Positions 1 to 12,600 of a stretch of 64,000 nucleotides of DNA are shown here, one piece after another (position 1 is the stretch's first letter; each line of letters opens with the position of its first letter). Source of the stretch: Saccostrea echinata (lineage: Eukaryota); assembly GCF_033153115.1 (NCBI RefSeq), contig NW_026889750.1, positions 51,708,001 to 51,772,000 on the forward strand, read 5' to 3'. The position numbers and the translations under genes are program-made. Below the pieces are notes generated by a model, which saw nothing but the letters and a program-made list of their open reading frames with translations, was not told where the DNA came from and searched no databases.

Positions 1-96
1 TTCGCAAAAAACAAAGCATTTAGAAAACACGGCTCATTTTTTACCAAAAATAGCACTAGTATGACAAATATATAAAAGTCAGACTGCGTGCTTTAA

Positions 97-595
97 AGGT
101 GCTTAGACACAGATTTGAAGTTAATATTTTCTAAAATTTTCTGTATAATATCACGACTTACATATTGCAATAGCATTTCACACGAAAATATAATTAAAAA
201 CTTATTTTATCTGGAAATTATTGGAACTACGAATTCCTGGACCCGTTTGATTAACACATCCTTGCACTTTCACAAATTTTATCTTTATCCTTAATATTTA
301 AGAAAAGAAGCGATTTTGTTGTGTATTAATGAAAAACATTACATCTATAATCCAGAAAATTCAGAGTAGAAATGTGCGAAAGCAAACCCCCTCACTAATA
401 TCGTCAGCCCGTGCTCAGTGTTGTGTACAGAGTTTAACAAATTGAATACACCCGTGAAACGTAAACTGTTTCTGTAAACAGGGCACGAGCTCTGTTATTG
501 TTAATCAGGCCCGTAGGAAGCAATTTCACTTTGAGGGGGCACAACCATACATTTTCAGTTGGGGAGGCACTATCAACTACCAAAATTCCTTGACA

Positions 596-638
<43 letters not shown>

Positions 639-1137
639 TCATCAGAAGTTATTATTGAGGGGGCACAAACATATAGTAGCTATGTTTTCTATAGTATTCT
701 ATATATCGGCAAAATTATTGGGGAGGCACGCCCCCCCCCCCCCGTGCCCCCCGGTTCCTACGGCCATGTTAATGTTTGCGATTCACCGAGTGTGTTCAAT
801 TGTTAAAGTCTGCACACACCACTGAGCACGGACTGACAATACTGTGAGTGGGTTTTGCTTTCGAACATTTCAACTCTGAATTTTCTGGATTATAGTTTTA
901 ATATTTTTCATTCATACACAACAAACTTGCCACTTTTCTTAAGTATTAAGAATAAAATTAAAATTTGAGAAAGTGCCAGGATGTGTCAATCAAACGCGTC
1001 CAGAAATTTGAAGTTTCAATAACTTCGAGATGAAATAAGATTTGTATTATATTTTAGTATGAAATGCTATAGCAACATATAAGTCAGGAAATTATACAGA
1101 AAATTTGAGAAAATATTAACTTTGTGTCCAAGCACCT
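97..1137. mobile_element. Fold-back MITE, Kolobok-like (TTAA TSD, AGG...CCT ends)
   Basis: TTAA at 93-96 and 1138-1141 flank imperfect inverted arms of ~340 bp (97-~435 vs ~815-1137), e.g. aggtgcttagacaca / tgtgtccaagcacct. Superfamily is inferred from TSD and termini. Confidence 0.8.
506..768 (+). mobile_element. Non-autonomous DNA transposon with 5-bp TSD (hAT5-like), nested in the fold-back element
   Basis: Ends CAGGCCCGTAGGAA...TTCCTACGGCCATG; TSD TTAAT at 501-505 and 769-773; a second copy lies reversed at 30709-30932. Confidence 0.8.
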
Positions 1138-1264
1138 TTAAATCTTCGGATTTTAAATAAGTAAGTTATATCAGAGTTCACAGACACAAGATTACACAAT
1201 ATGCTAATCGTTGTCTGATCTGAACACATAGTCTATATAGAGGTGTTGTCTCTGGCTTCAATAA

Positions 1265-3204
1265 TTAGCTTCCTAAGTTGTGTTCTACCATCTTAGATAG
1301 ACTTATACTTCCACACCGACACATGGTGGGATAACACAGCCCCATGGGACAGTTATGTTCACACCACAGATCCCAGCCCGTGTTTGGGCGTAGGGATACA
1401 CACGTCTTACCGGAATTCATGATCCCATTGTCAACACTAAGTAGGTCTTCCCGACCACACAGACAATGTGTTGGAGGACAGTAATTGCGTGCGCAGTTAA
1501 TGCGGCACCAGTTGTCCATTGGTAGAAAATTTTTCCAAGGTCCAACAGCCTTACATACGATTTGTACAGTAGGGATTGGGGCAGTGGTAGTCACGGGACT
1601 ATGGGTTGTAGATGATGTAAGTACGGGACTAGATGACGTCATGGGACTTACTGATGACATGGTGGAGGATTTAACAGTCTCAGGTTTAGAAGACGTTGTG
1701 GGACTTGTTGGGGATGTGACAGGATTTGAAGATGGCGTCGAATTAGTTGTCACAGTTGATTTGTTAGTTGATTGTGATACAGAAGTCGATCTTGAGGATG
1801 GTGTTGTTGTTTGTGTCGAAGTCCTGTTTCCGACAATCTGGATGTCGGAGCATGCGTAAAACTCCTCTTGGGGTCCAAATCCCAGGCCACATGGACCTTT
1901 AGTAAAGTCGTTATTGTAACAACCCCAACGGTTTCCTACAATCATATTTTAATACATGTTAGGGACAAGAGTTGACTAATACTTCATGCACCAGAATCAT
2001 GTTTATCCTTCGATTTAATAATTATAGTTCATTGGATACATTTTTCCTATTGCACACTTTGTATTCTCTCGCCTTGTGATGTCATATATAAAGGATCTCC
2101 CTTGTTTTATGATTAGATATGACTTTTAGCCTACACTCTAACCCTAACTCTTACCTTAACCCTAACCCTAACCCAAACCCTAACCCAAGCTCTTAACCCA
2201 ACTCAAACTCTAACCCACGAGTTGTGTGTTTTCTATAGTTAGGCGGCGTAAGACAGCCGTCGAAAGCAAAAGCATATAAAGCATCTGATAAAAAGAATCT
2301 TCTGCGTTTTAAAAATTTGACACATACATCTCGTTGAGTATAGCCAAATTTTTCCGCCCTAAATTTAATGGTTCTCAGACAAGCATGAAAACTACTCTTA
2401 CCCGTTCTATATCGCCACTGTAGCACGCATGCGTCACATATGATTCCCTGTGGAAGCTGGAGTTCTATGAAATAAATACCCACACTCTTGTCATCCACAA
2501 AAAATTTGGTTCCCATAGTGACGGGGTCCTTCAGCAGGTTCTGATCCAGGCAGTCCTGAGTAACCGTGACCTTCCGGTCATTGTGTGGGCAGAGACGAAA
2601 CTCGAAATAGCCCTTATGACTAGCTGTCACGTGAACAGTGGCCCGCATGACGGACCCGGAGACGTAAGTTTTGGTGATGATTCCTCGGGCGTATTTGCCA
2701 TTAGGAGGTTCGTTCTCCCGCGGTGCGTCATAAGGATCGCCACACACGCCACATTTCCCATTATTGATCCACCAATGGGTCTAAAACAAAACAAAACATT
2801 TATTACTACGACGTCGTGTTTCTTTGTATTAGAAATAGAAATAATGAATTAAAAAGTTTGTCCAATAAATTCGAAAATCGGTATTATATCGGCAACATAC
2901 CTACCATATGACAAACGCTTGGCACTGAATAATGGTTCAATGAATTATAAGAAACTGTTCTCTGCTAATTTCCCATCTATGAGGATCTGAACAATCTATT
3001 TCCATATGAAAAGACTTTTTAACTTACGGGAAAACCTCCACAGAACAATTCCATGTGTTGATAGTTAGGAGGCGAATCATATCCAAAGAGCCACATGGAG
3101 GATCGTCCAGGAGGGTCCCTCAGAAACCCGTGTCCAGTTACACCCAGCGGGCGGTCAATTAATAGCAATAAGGACAGCGTCAATAGCAGTCCGGTTCTCA
3201 ACAT
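1265..3204 (-). CDS. Secreted lytic polysaccharide monooxygenase AA15 / chitin-binding type-4 domain protein with S/T linker and two Cys-rich C-terminal modules
   Basis: Exons 3204-3028, 2780-2402, 1935-1265 (GT-AG; phases 0, 1). Signal peptide followed by HGFLRDPPGRSSMW (N-terminal His); CGVCGDPY, TASHKGYFEFRLC, CVLQWRYRTGN and GPQEEFYACSDI motifs. Confidence 0.9.
2136..2218. repeat. Degenerate (CCCTAA)n telomere-like tract in LPMO intron 2
   Basis: taaccctaaccctaacccaaaccctaaccc with degenerate flanking units. Confidence 0.7.
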
Positions 3205-3884
3205 TGTCTCAGGGTCCGCGGGGTTGTAAGCTCTTTACTAGCTGTACCCAAAAAAGTCCGGACAGAAGGCCTGGCAGTTATTACATAATGACGCAAAAAT
3301 TCGTTTTAACTGTTGGGGCTGTTACATTTTCTTTGTCAATGTTATCCCGATCTGTCTGCCCGTTGGAGAAAAATATTTAAGTTAAATTTCTCACGCGTTG
3401 TAGACCTGATTTTAGGAAAGTGTGTTCGAGAATGACCAGAGGCGGATCAATATCAGTGGAGCGGCGCTATCGATGAAGGCTCGGGTCTGGTGACCAAGTA
3501 CGCCTGGATTTTATGCAATGTCATCTGATCGAACTCCAGTATGGCCGGGGCCCACTGACACCATTACTGATTCTTCATGACCAGCTTATGGTGTTAGTTT
3601 TATTGCACGGATATAATAGTTATCAGTTTGCAATCTTAAAAGCAAATGAATTACCTGTAGGTTGATGACCGACAGTTGTTGAGATTTTGCTTGAATTTAC
3701 ATTAATATTGAATGACAACAATCTAATCTATTTTACATATTCTTAAATATTTTGCGCTCTTCAAATAGTAGGATAAGTAGGCATTAAGTTGATCATGCAC
3801 GCACTGAATTTTTCCGAGATATCTGAGTAGATAATTAAAATACAAGCGCGGTAATTTCCAACCCAGAAAATTTCCTGACAAGCA

Positions 3885-3885
<1 letters not shown>

Positions 3886-3953
<68 letters not shown>
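3886..3953. repeat. (AT)n microsatellite
   Basis: Pure AT run abutting the left TIR of the following MITE. Confidence 0.95.
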
Positions 3954-3956
<3 letters not shown>

Positions 3957-5121
3957 GTAAACTTCGGTATCTCGACATCGGATATGTCGACAACCTGGGA
4001 TATGTCGACATCCTTCCGCGGTCCCGGCAGTATTTACTATATAAATGATTTGCAAAAACTCTGATATGTCAACCTCGGTAATGTCGACAACCCGGGTTAT
4101 CTCGACGTATATTCACAGTCCCAAGAGCAAAATTTACCTGTCATATGTCGACATCGGCAATTTTCTGCTCTACTGAACCTAACTGTTTGTCAGATAGGGT
4201 CGCTCGTCACGCTCGGACGACTCCGAGCATCTCGACGTCGTCAAAGTTTCACACCTTTCACACCCATGTTTTGACTGCATGCTGCTTAATTAATTTTATA
4301 GACTGTATTTGTAGGTGAATCCCAAGCCCCTTCGGCGTCTTTGAGAAGTTAATTGAGCTTGGGTAATATCATTGCTAAATCTACACGATTCTGCGTCAAT
4401 GTACAGAATGTTATTTATATCGAAACGTAACATAACTTTTAAATTTGAAAAAAAATTGAAAAAAAAGATAACTAAATTACAATGAATAACAAACACACTG
4501 AAAAATTCAAACTAAGGAATTAAAAAAAATGTTTTAATGATATTTTGAAGTTAAAATGTATTCAACAGGAAACAATCCAATTAACGACACGATTGACCGA
4601 ATCAGCCGTAATTCGTGCATCTGTAACATCACTACGCTAGTTTAGATACACAAATCTCTTAAAAAAATTTATTTTAATGTACATTCTTCCTGAATGAAAT
4701 AAGACAAAAATAATCCACATTTAATTTTTTTACCGTATATCGGATGTCGACTTTATACGGTTCGAAGTTTATAGAGCGCAATTCGTATCCTGTTCTGACG
4801 AAAAGGCAAGTTACACGCGAATGCAGCTCAATGCTGTAACTTTGTGCTGAAACTTTGTGAATTTAGAAAGATTTCGATTAAGAACACGTTTTATAAACAA
4901 GATTTTTAAAATAATATCTTAGATTTTTAATAAAAATAGAGGGAATTCTGAAATATGTTGAGCTACAGTCGATATTAAAGTCATGTACATATAATAAGCT
5001 TGTCTGCTTTGCTATGCTGTGAAATCTTGGACGTCAAGTATCAACTCTGATATCTCGACACCTCGGATATCTCGACATTTTCCGATGGTCCCGTCGATGT
5101 CGAGATAACGAAGTTTACCTG
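3954..5121. mobile_element. Tc1/mariner-pogo type non-autonomous element
   Basis: TIRs CAGGTAAACTTCGGTATCTCGACATCG / CGATGTCGAGATAACGAAGTTTACCTG, TA on both sides, repeated subterminal ATATGTCGACA motifs; no transposase ORF. Confidence 0.85.
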
Positions 5122-5568
5122 TATATACACACACACACTGAATTGTGCAAAAATTTCAAGGGTGAAAATGTTTATAAAAAAAAGTGTCTAAGCCGAATAG
5201 ATACTATGGAATTCCATATACGACAGCCAACTGCTTACTGCCAGCTGCTTACTGCCAACTGCCACTGCTCATACATGATATTGCCTGTTTTGTTATCTTT
5301 AATATTTTGAATACGCATGCTTGAATAAACTCTATAGTAGCAAGACTATTACAATAATAACAAAAATTCAGGAATTTTTAAATGGTGAAGGCTAGGAAGG
5401 AATAAATAATAGTTAGGACAGGAAGGAGTATTTTCTCTTAAATACAAAACATCTATTTCCCACATTTCCTTGCATGCAAATGATTCAATAGATATTTTTG
5501 TTTTCATATGTTTTTCTCATTTGAAATTGGTAATAAAATGACTATTTTCCTGTTTTAGTCTGTAAACA

Positions 5569-5789
5569 CAAGCCCATAGAACGCTGGGGGAGGGAGGGGG
5601 CCCTCCCCCCTCGCCGCCCTAACCCACTTTTTTTCTGAGCGTAGTATTTTGCTAAAGTTACTTTTCAATAAAATGCTGGTTGCCCCCCCCCCCACGTTTT
5701 TTGTTGCTGTAAGGATGAGTACTGACAAAGTCCAGGATTTGAAAAAGAAAAATTCTTACGAAAAAGTAAGACAAAAAAGTCAACCTTCA

Positions 5790-5851
<62 letters not shown>

Positions 5852-5964
5852 CACACGCATACACACGAAATAGGATTTTCAAGTCTGGACAGTTTAGTTT
5901 TTTGGGGGCAGATTTTTTTTGGAGCCCCCCTCCCCCCACTTTTAAAACCGTTGATACGGACCTT
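5569..5964 (+). mobile_element. Non-autonomous DNA transposon with 5-bp TSD (hAT5-like), containing (CT)n at 5791-5848
   Basis: Ends CAAGCCCATAGAACG...CGTTGATACGGACCTT; TSD AAACA at 5564-5568 and 5965-5969; G/C tracts inside the ends. Confidence 0.6.
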
Positions 5965-6585
5965 AAACATATACCATCACCCACCCCCGTGAGAAAACAA
6001 AATCTTCGGTATGAATTTGTGAAATGACAATTCAGGATTTGTTGTTTCGGGGGGTGGGTGTAAAAATAAGCTGCGAATTTCAGCCATTTTCCATATTTTC
6101 CATTTTTAAATAAACATTGACATGATAGAAAAACACATGTACAAAATACACCATCCTAATATGATCCAAAACTGACATAATATGCTGTATCATATGCTAT
6201 AAAACATTTGCTATTTGTAGATGAATGAATGAAATGGGTAATCAGACACGTACTTGAATAAATTTAAGTACCATCTAGCGTTAATCTAAATTTAAGGACG
6301 ATCTAAGGGGAATTACTCTGGCTTGCATATTCCGGCAAAACTAATTTGACTTCTATTTTTATTTATAATCAAAGCGTTTTTGTGATATTGACGGGCACAT
6401 GTTTTCGGATTTTGGCATTTTTGGATGTAATTAACAAAAAAAGAGATAATTTTAATATATGAATTGCATAGTTGATACATTTCCACTTGAGTGAACTATA
6501 ATTAGGTTATAAATTGGGCGATTCCGATTGTTTTTCGCTTATTTTTAGTTAAGATCTTGTCGTTATGGAGATTGTGCGTGATCAC

Positions 6586-6598
6586 GTGACCAAGCAAC
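6586..6598 (+). promoter_or_regulatory. RFX X-box (overlapping a CACGTG E-box) in the CFAP97D2 promoter/5' region
   Basis: GTGACC-A-AGCAAC fits GTNRCC(N0-3)RGYAAC, ~100 bp before the ATG of a ciliary gene; a weaker X-box-like gtcgttatggagat lies at 6559-6572. Confidence 0.6.
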
Positions 6599-6689
6599 CT
6601 GAATAGTGTATAGACAGCATTGAATGCGTGTACAAAAATACATTATTTACGTTTTTGTAGAGGAGGGGTGCTAGTTGTAGATAGTAAAG

Positions 6690-9600
6690 ATGCACAAAAG
6701 TTATCAGTCGATATTGCCGACCCACAACAAGCTCCTACAGAAGCGATGGGACACAACATATTATGATGAACACAGGCGAAAGGTAATTAATCATTAGATC
6801 TCGTTGTGTTTGAAGAAGAGGGTCCTTGTTTGTTTTATCAGTGTTTGGTGTAATCAGATGTAAATCAACTACTGATAATCTCCTCCTACCATATCATCTG
6901 AAATATTCACTTCTGATGAAGTTTTTAAGAAGTTTTTTAAAATTTATTTTAACAAATTGTTTTTTTAAAATTGTTTTCCCCATATTCAAGACTCCTATTA
7001 ATTATATTAATTCATATCAGGGACAAAAATACTAATTGTTCCTGTTTATAAACACTTAAACTTTTATTTGTAAGTAGTGATGAATTGAAGCATAAGATTA
7101 AGATTGGTTTTGTTTTTCTTATGTTTGTAGAAATTTGACTTGTTTTAATTATTTTCCAGAATTCAGTGATCAAAACGTAAAGTTTTCATTTTTTTTTTTT
7201 ACATAAAATCTTTGTCATTTAGTATAACAGTATCACCTTATTTGATATTTTACAGGTGCGAACGGCTGCTCCAATGGTTGATACAAAAGCTCCCCCCACT
7301 TACATGCACCTTCACCTGAAACTCAAAAAGCTACAAGTAGGTTATCCTTTTTTTTTTCAAAGAATTCTTGAACCTTCTGCAATTATGTTCATTAGATATT
7401 TTGGATCTAATTAACTCCTTTAAATCACTTTTTATTCATGATTCAGAACTTTAATTTCTTATAATTATGTGAGACCATCTGCTTGCAAAAATTTTATTCT
7501 TGTGTATACGTTACAGATTACATATAGCAATTAAGAACCAAAATTAATGAAAATTTTGTCACACTTATATACAGTTGGACTTCGGTATCTCGAACATGAA
7601 TATCTCCAATACAATGGATATGTCAAAGTAATTTTGAGGTCCCAACTACTTATTCCTTAAGTATTTTACCCTGGATATCTCGAATCCTCGGTTATCTTGA
7701 AGTATTTTCTCGGTCCTTTCAAGCTCGAGGTAACGAAGTTTGACTGTATATACCAAATAACTTTCCCATGAAAATAAGGTGTTCACTGCAGCAAAACATT
7801 GGTAATGTACAGATGAAAGATTTTGCATTAAAAACTATTTTGTTTTAATGGTTTAGAAAATTTAAGAACATCATTAACAGACATCCAAATACAATTTTAT
7901 TGTTGGATAAAATATTACTGGAATTTTATTCATGTAAATATAAACATAAGCCTGATATCGACCAATTACTTTCCAAATCAAACATCAATAAGTGTCAGAT
8001 TCAAATCATAAAATGGACAATCCAATAGATTAAATCATAAGTTTTCGAAGACTTTATCTCATATGTCATTGTTGACTCAAAATCTTTCAATTTAAACTCA
8101 TAAAAGTATATCTATATTTGAGAATTATGAGATCATGAAGTCCTGGGGGTTTAAATTTCTGCCTGCTCAAGGAACAGACAAAAAGGGAAAACTGTCATTG
8201 AAATCCAAAGCAAAGCGTATTTGTCTGTGCAAATACAAAATGGAAACTACATTGAGTTGATCATTTCATTCGTGAATTCAGTAGAAACAAACTTTATGAA
8301 GAATTATTATAAAGCCCTGCCTCTCTTCTCAGTGATATTTCTCTATAGATTATGTATTGTGCATTTTAGAGTGAACATTAATTTGATATTTTCAATTAAT
8401 ATTTTGCATTTGTGTTGAAGACTGTAAATTGAACTGCCCAGGTTAAATTTATCTAATTGTGTTAACTGGAAATCTGCTCACTCTAGCAGGAGAGCATTTT
8501 GTAATTTTGTATTTATTTTTTTTGGGGGGGGGGGGGGGGGCTTGAAAAAGTAATCTTAAAAATGATTTAAGAAGAAAACTGTGGATGTTGTGCATGAAAA
8601 TTTAAAGGAGACATGAAAATACCTGCAGATTTATGACACAAGCAATATTCTACTTTGAGAGCTTCTTGTTTACCAGGAGAGAGAGCCTCTCTATTAGATA
8701 TCAATACCTCACTATTAAAGTGTCACATACATCAAGCTTATGAAAAAATCAAAATCTAAAATCTATAATGAATCATGTGAAAATTAAAACAATGATCAAT
8801 GGGTCCTTTGACTTTTTTTAATGTGGATATTTTATTTTCATTGTTATACCTGTAGAGGATTTTTTTTTATATATGCGAGCTTGATTTTTTAATTAAAGGT
8901 CTGTTAAGCAATCTGGGATTTACATGGAACATTGCATATCAGCGATCAATTAAACTGAAATGGCAGGCATCCATATCACATATAGCACCCCTTTACATTC
9001 TGATGTAATTTAATGATTTACAGAATTAAATGGAGCCAGTCACTTTGATATAATCAGCCTCTTCATCCCTGTTACGTCTCACTCAGTAGGGGGGAATATT
9101 TAATGGGATGAGATTTGTGCATTTAAATCAATAAGAAGTCAATAACCCACATAAACATTTACCCTTTTCCTGAGGAGAGTTAATCAATGAGTCCATTCAT
9201 GTTCTTAAGATTTCCCTCTGATCAACTCATCCATTGTAGATTAACAAACTTTTTCTGTAATCATAGATATTATTTAAGTTTTAATCTTCAGTTCCTGTAT
9301 CTAGAATACCATGTAGTTTTTATACATGATGCTACCTGAATATTTTTCATTGTTTGGGAATTTAATAGCAAAAAAAGTGAATAAAAATACCTCTAGTGCT
9401 TTTCATGTATTACTGTGCATAAAATCACTAGCCCAACCCCAAAAATGGTAGCCCCGAGCATGAGGCAATCCTAATTGCACATCCCTTGAATAAACTGGGG
9501 AAAAAATCTGAAAAAGACCTTTTTTTTAGTCGCAAAATTTGGTGACCACAGATCGCTTTTAACTCGCAATTTTTGTTTTTATATAATTCACATTAAGTGA

Positions 9601-12600
9601 GTATTTCCTGTTAATTTCGACCCTTGACATCTAACACCAAGAGTACATCAAAGTGAGTTGCACAGGTCACCTTGTATAAAGAATCTGATACTTAACATGG
9701 GTAATATTGACCTCTTGGATATAGCTTGTATATTCCAAGTCTTAGACTAGAATAAGAAGTGTCTGGCTATAGTCTACCAATATTTCATTAACAACATGAA
9801 GTTAATTAAGTGTTAATTACTATTTTTTCTGTGTTAGCTGTGTTTGTTTGTTGCCAATGCAAAGAACTGAACAAAAATTTCATAATATAGAAAATGACAC
9901 TCGACACCTGACTGCGATATTTCTCTGACATAGAATTATAAAAAAGCTTTTGAACTGTTTCATGCATTCTTAGATTTGGATTAAATGCCGCCTTTATTCA
10001 GGGCCTAAATGGCATACACATGTACACAATAGTCCTTTTTATAATCCACATTCACCTAACCTAAAGTAAACACACTAATCGTGAAGGGCCACTGAAAGAT
10101 ATAATGGTTTAAATATTCGACTCCCCCTCAGCTTTCATGGCTGATAATGGTCGCACTATTAACAAAATAACACCGTATTCTAGTACCTGCTCATCCATCA
10201 TAAAATAGCCCCAGTTAGATTTGTAGACCATGTTTACCTATAATATATAGTTCCATTTGTGAAACAACATTAATTTTCACTTAGCAGTTAAATCTGTAGA
10301 CTTTAAGAGGTTTGTACATCCATTTAAATAGCTGGACGGGCAAATGTTGATTTTTAATTAGTGAGGTTTGAGTTCTCCTTACTTTTTTTTAGTCGTGATC
10401 AGCCAAATTTATTCCTCTACTTAATGTCTGCCAGAGAGAGCTTGGCGTGAGACTTGGATTTGAACCTTATGTTACCTGTACAGGTCTTGATTTTTTTACA
10501 TAAGGAAGAAAATTATCTGTATCCAAGAATACATTCTATGTCCTGACTCTTCATTTGAGCAAAAAACATTTCTATATCGCTTATACTTCAAATTTAGCTG
10601 TTATGCATGTTTTATGTTGTTGTTTTTTTTGGGGTGTGTGTGTCTTTTTTCCCCCTTTTTTACAATCAGCTCATTTTTAAATGAACCCATGCAATATCAT
10701 GGTATCCCAAATCACTTTCATGATTATAAAGAATATGTTCATGTCACGTAATATATCCAGCTTTTTAGGACTCTTAACATTAAAGATTTACATGCTATAA
10801 CTTGTGTCAGTTAAAGATAAGGTTGGAAATTAATTTATTTTGTTAACCAATTAAAATTACGAAAATACTGTAAATTACACAATTGAAAATGAACACATTA
10901 TAAAGATGTCAAGTTATAATTATTTATTTTCCTGCCAGGAAAGTAATGCTTTTATTTAAATTAATGTATCACATGACACTGTCACTACTTTTAGATTGAT
11001 TCAATTCAATTCACTTCATTGACAATTACCATGTCGGCATACAGTCATGACATAAAATGAATTAACAAGAATAATACATACATATACAAAATGACAAATG
11101 TGAGTTGAACAAAATAATGTAGAGTATATTCACATATTTCTAAGTATTCATTGCTGACTTTCTTTTCTGGTGTCAAAGCACTTTTTCAAAAAACAACATA
11201 TCCTTCTAGCAGTTGTAATATTTGTAGGATTGACAATTTTTCTAATGGGATTATCACTAGTATATGTGTTTACATTAAATATATCAGTATAGTTGCATCT
11301 AAATTGGTCATACTTTGAACAGTATAGAACAAAATGTTTTTCATCTTCAATAAATAATTTACATGAATAGCATAAACGTTTTTCTCTAGGAATAGGGGGT
11401 TTACAGTATCTGCCCGTTTCAATATACAATGGATGGGCACTGATCCTTAATTTTGTTAATACAGATCTAAAACTTTTCTTTAAAGGCAGCTTTAAATAAC
11501 TTTGCAATTTGTATTCATTTTGAATTACAATTTTACTATAAAAAGCTAACTTTCCAGAGTTTGATTTGCTTATATTTTTCAGTTGTTCATGTATCTTGTT
11601 TTGGTAATGCTCTTGTAATTTGTTTTTCAAGGTTGTGTGAGAAATATCCAAAGAAGTGATATTTAATTTTTGTAGTAATGAAGACAGTTTTCTTTGCCAA
11701 GATATTCTAGATACAAGTTTTTTGTCTTCTTTAAATGCAGAAATCACTAAATAATTATTATAATCATGTTTGTTTTCCATTTCCTTAAGTCTCTTAAAAT
11801 ATTTAAACATATATTCATAACATAAATAGTACAAAGGAAAACGACCCAATTCACATAAAACAGCAAGATTTGATGCCTTTCTATGTACCCCTAGTATGTC
11901 TTTAAATATTAAGTGTTGTGTTTTTTCAAAAGGAAATTGGTCTGAAGATATTAAATCACATTTGAAGTCAGTTATCCATACTTCAGATCCATATGTAATA
12001 ATTGGTATTATCATTGACTGGTATAATTTTAACATAATTTCAGCTGAAAAATTAATGTTTGCAGGAAAATTTGATTTAATAGCATAATATGCTTTCCTAG
12101 CACGTTCTGATAGTTGTTCAGCTGCAAATTTCATTTTTCCATCAGATCTGAACACAACACCCAAATATTTATATTCATTCGTTATGTTAATCATTTGGTG
12201 ATTGTAATAAAATCTAAATGATGTTTCATCATCTGTTTTTCTTGAAAAACAAAAATGAAATCAAGAAATCGAGGTAGGCCGTTTGGTATACAAATAACTT
12301 TTGACATGGATGGCAAACGTCTAACGCTTAAAGATACTTATCTTTTAAAGCATTACCAGTATTAATCCTCTACTCTGTAATGACAGATATTAACCTTTTA
12401 TTTATAATTGTAGTCAAAATGCAATGTATCTCATTGTCTATGAATTCCAGCGGACATGCATGTCTTTATACTGTTTACGCACTTCCTTCATCAATATTCA
12501 TGAAAAGACTAAATTCTTAACTGCAGATCTTGCTTAATTGTTTTTAATTAAAATGACCTATTCAGTAAAACTTTGTGGAAAGTATTATTTTTTCATTACA

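Noticed and set aside
559-825. Poly-lysine ORF
   Set aside because: Translation of a poly(A) tract inside a MITE.
1485-1859. 124-aa V/D-rich + strand ORF
   Set aside because: Antisense shadow of the S/T-rich LPMO linker.
3723-4055. YI-repeat ORF (likewise the SL/RE ORFs at 5649-5970)
   Set aside because: Read-through of (AT)n and (CT)n microsatellites.
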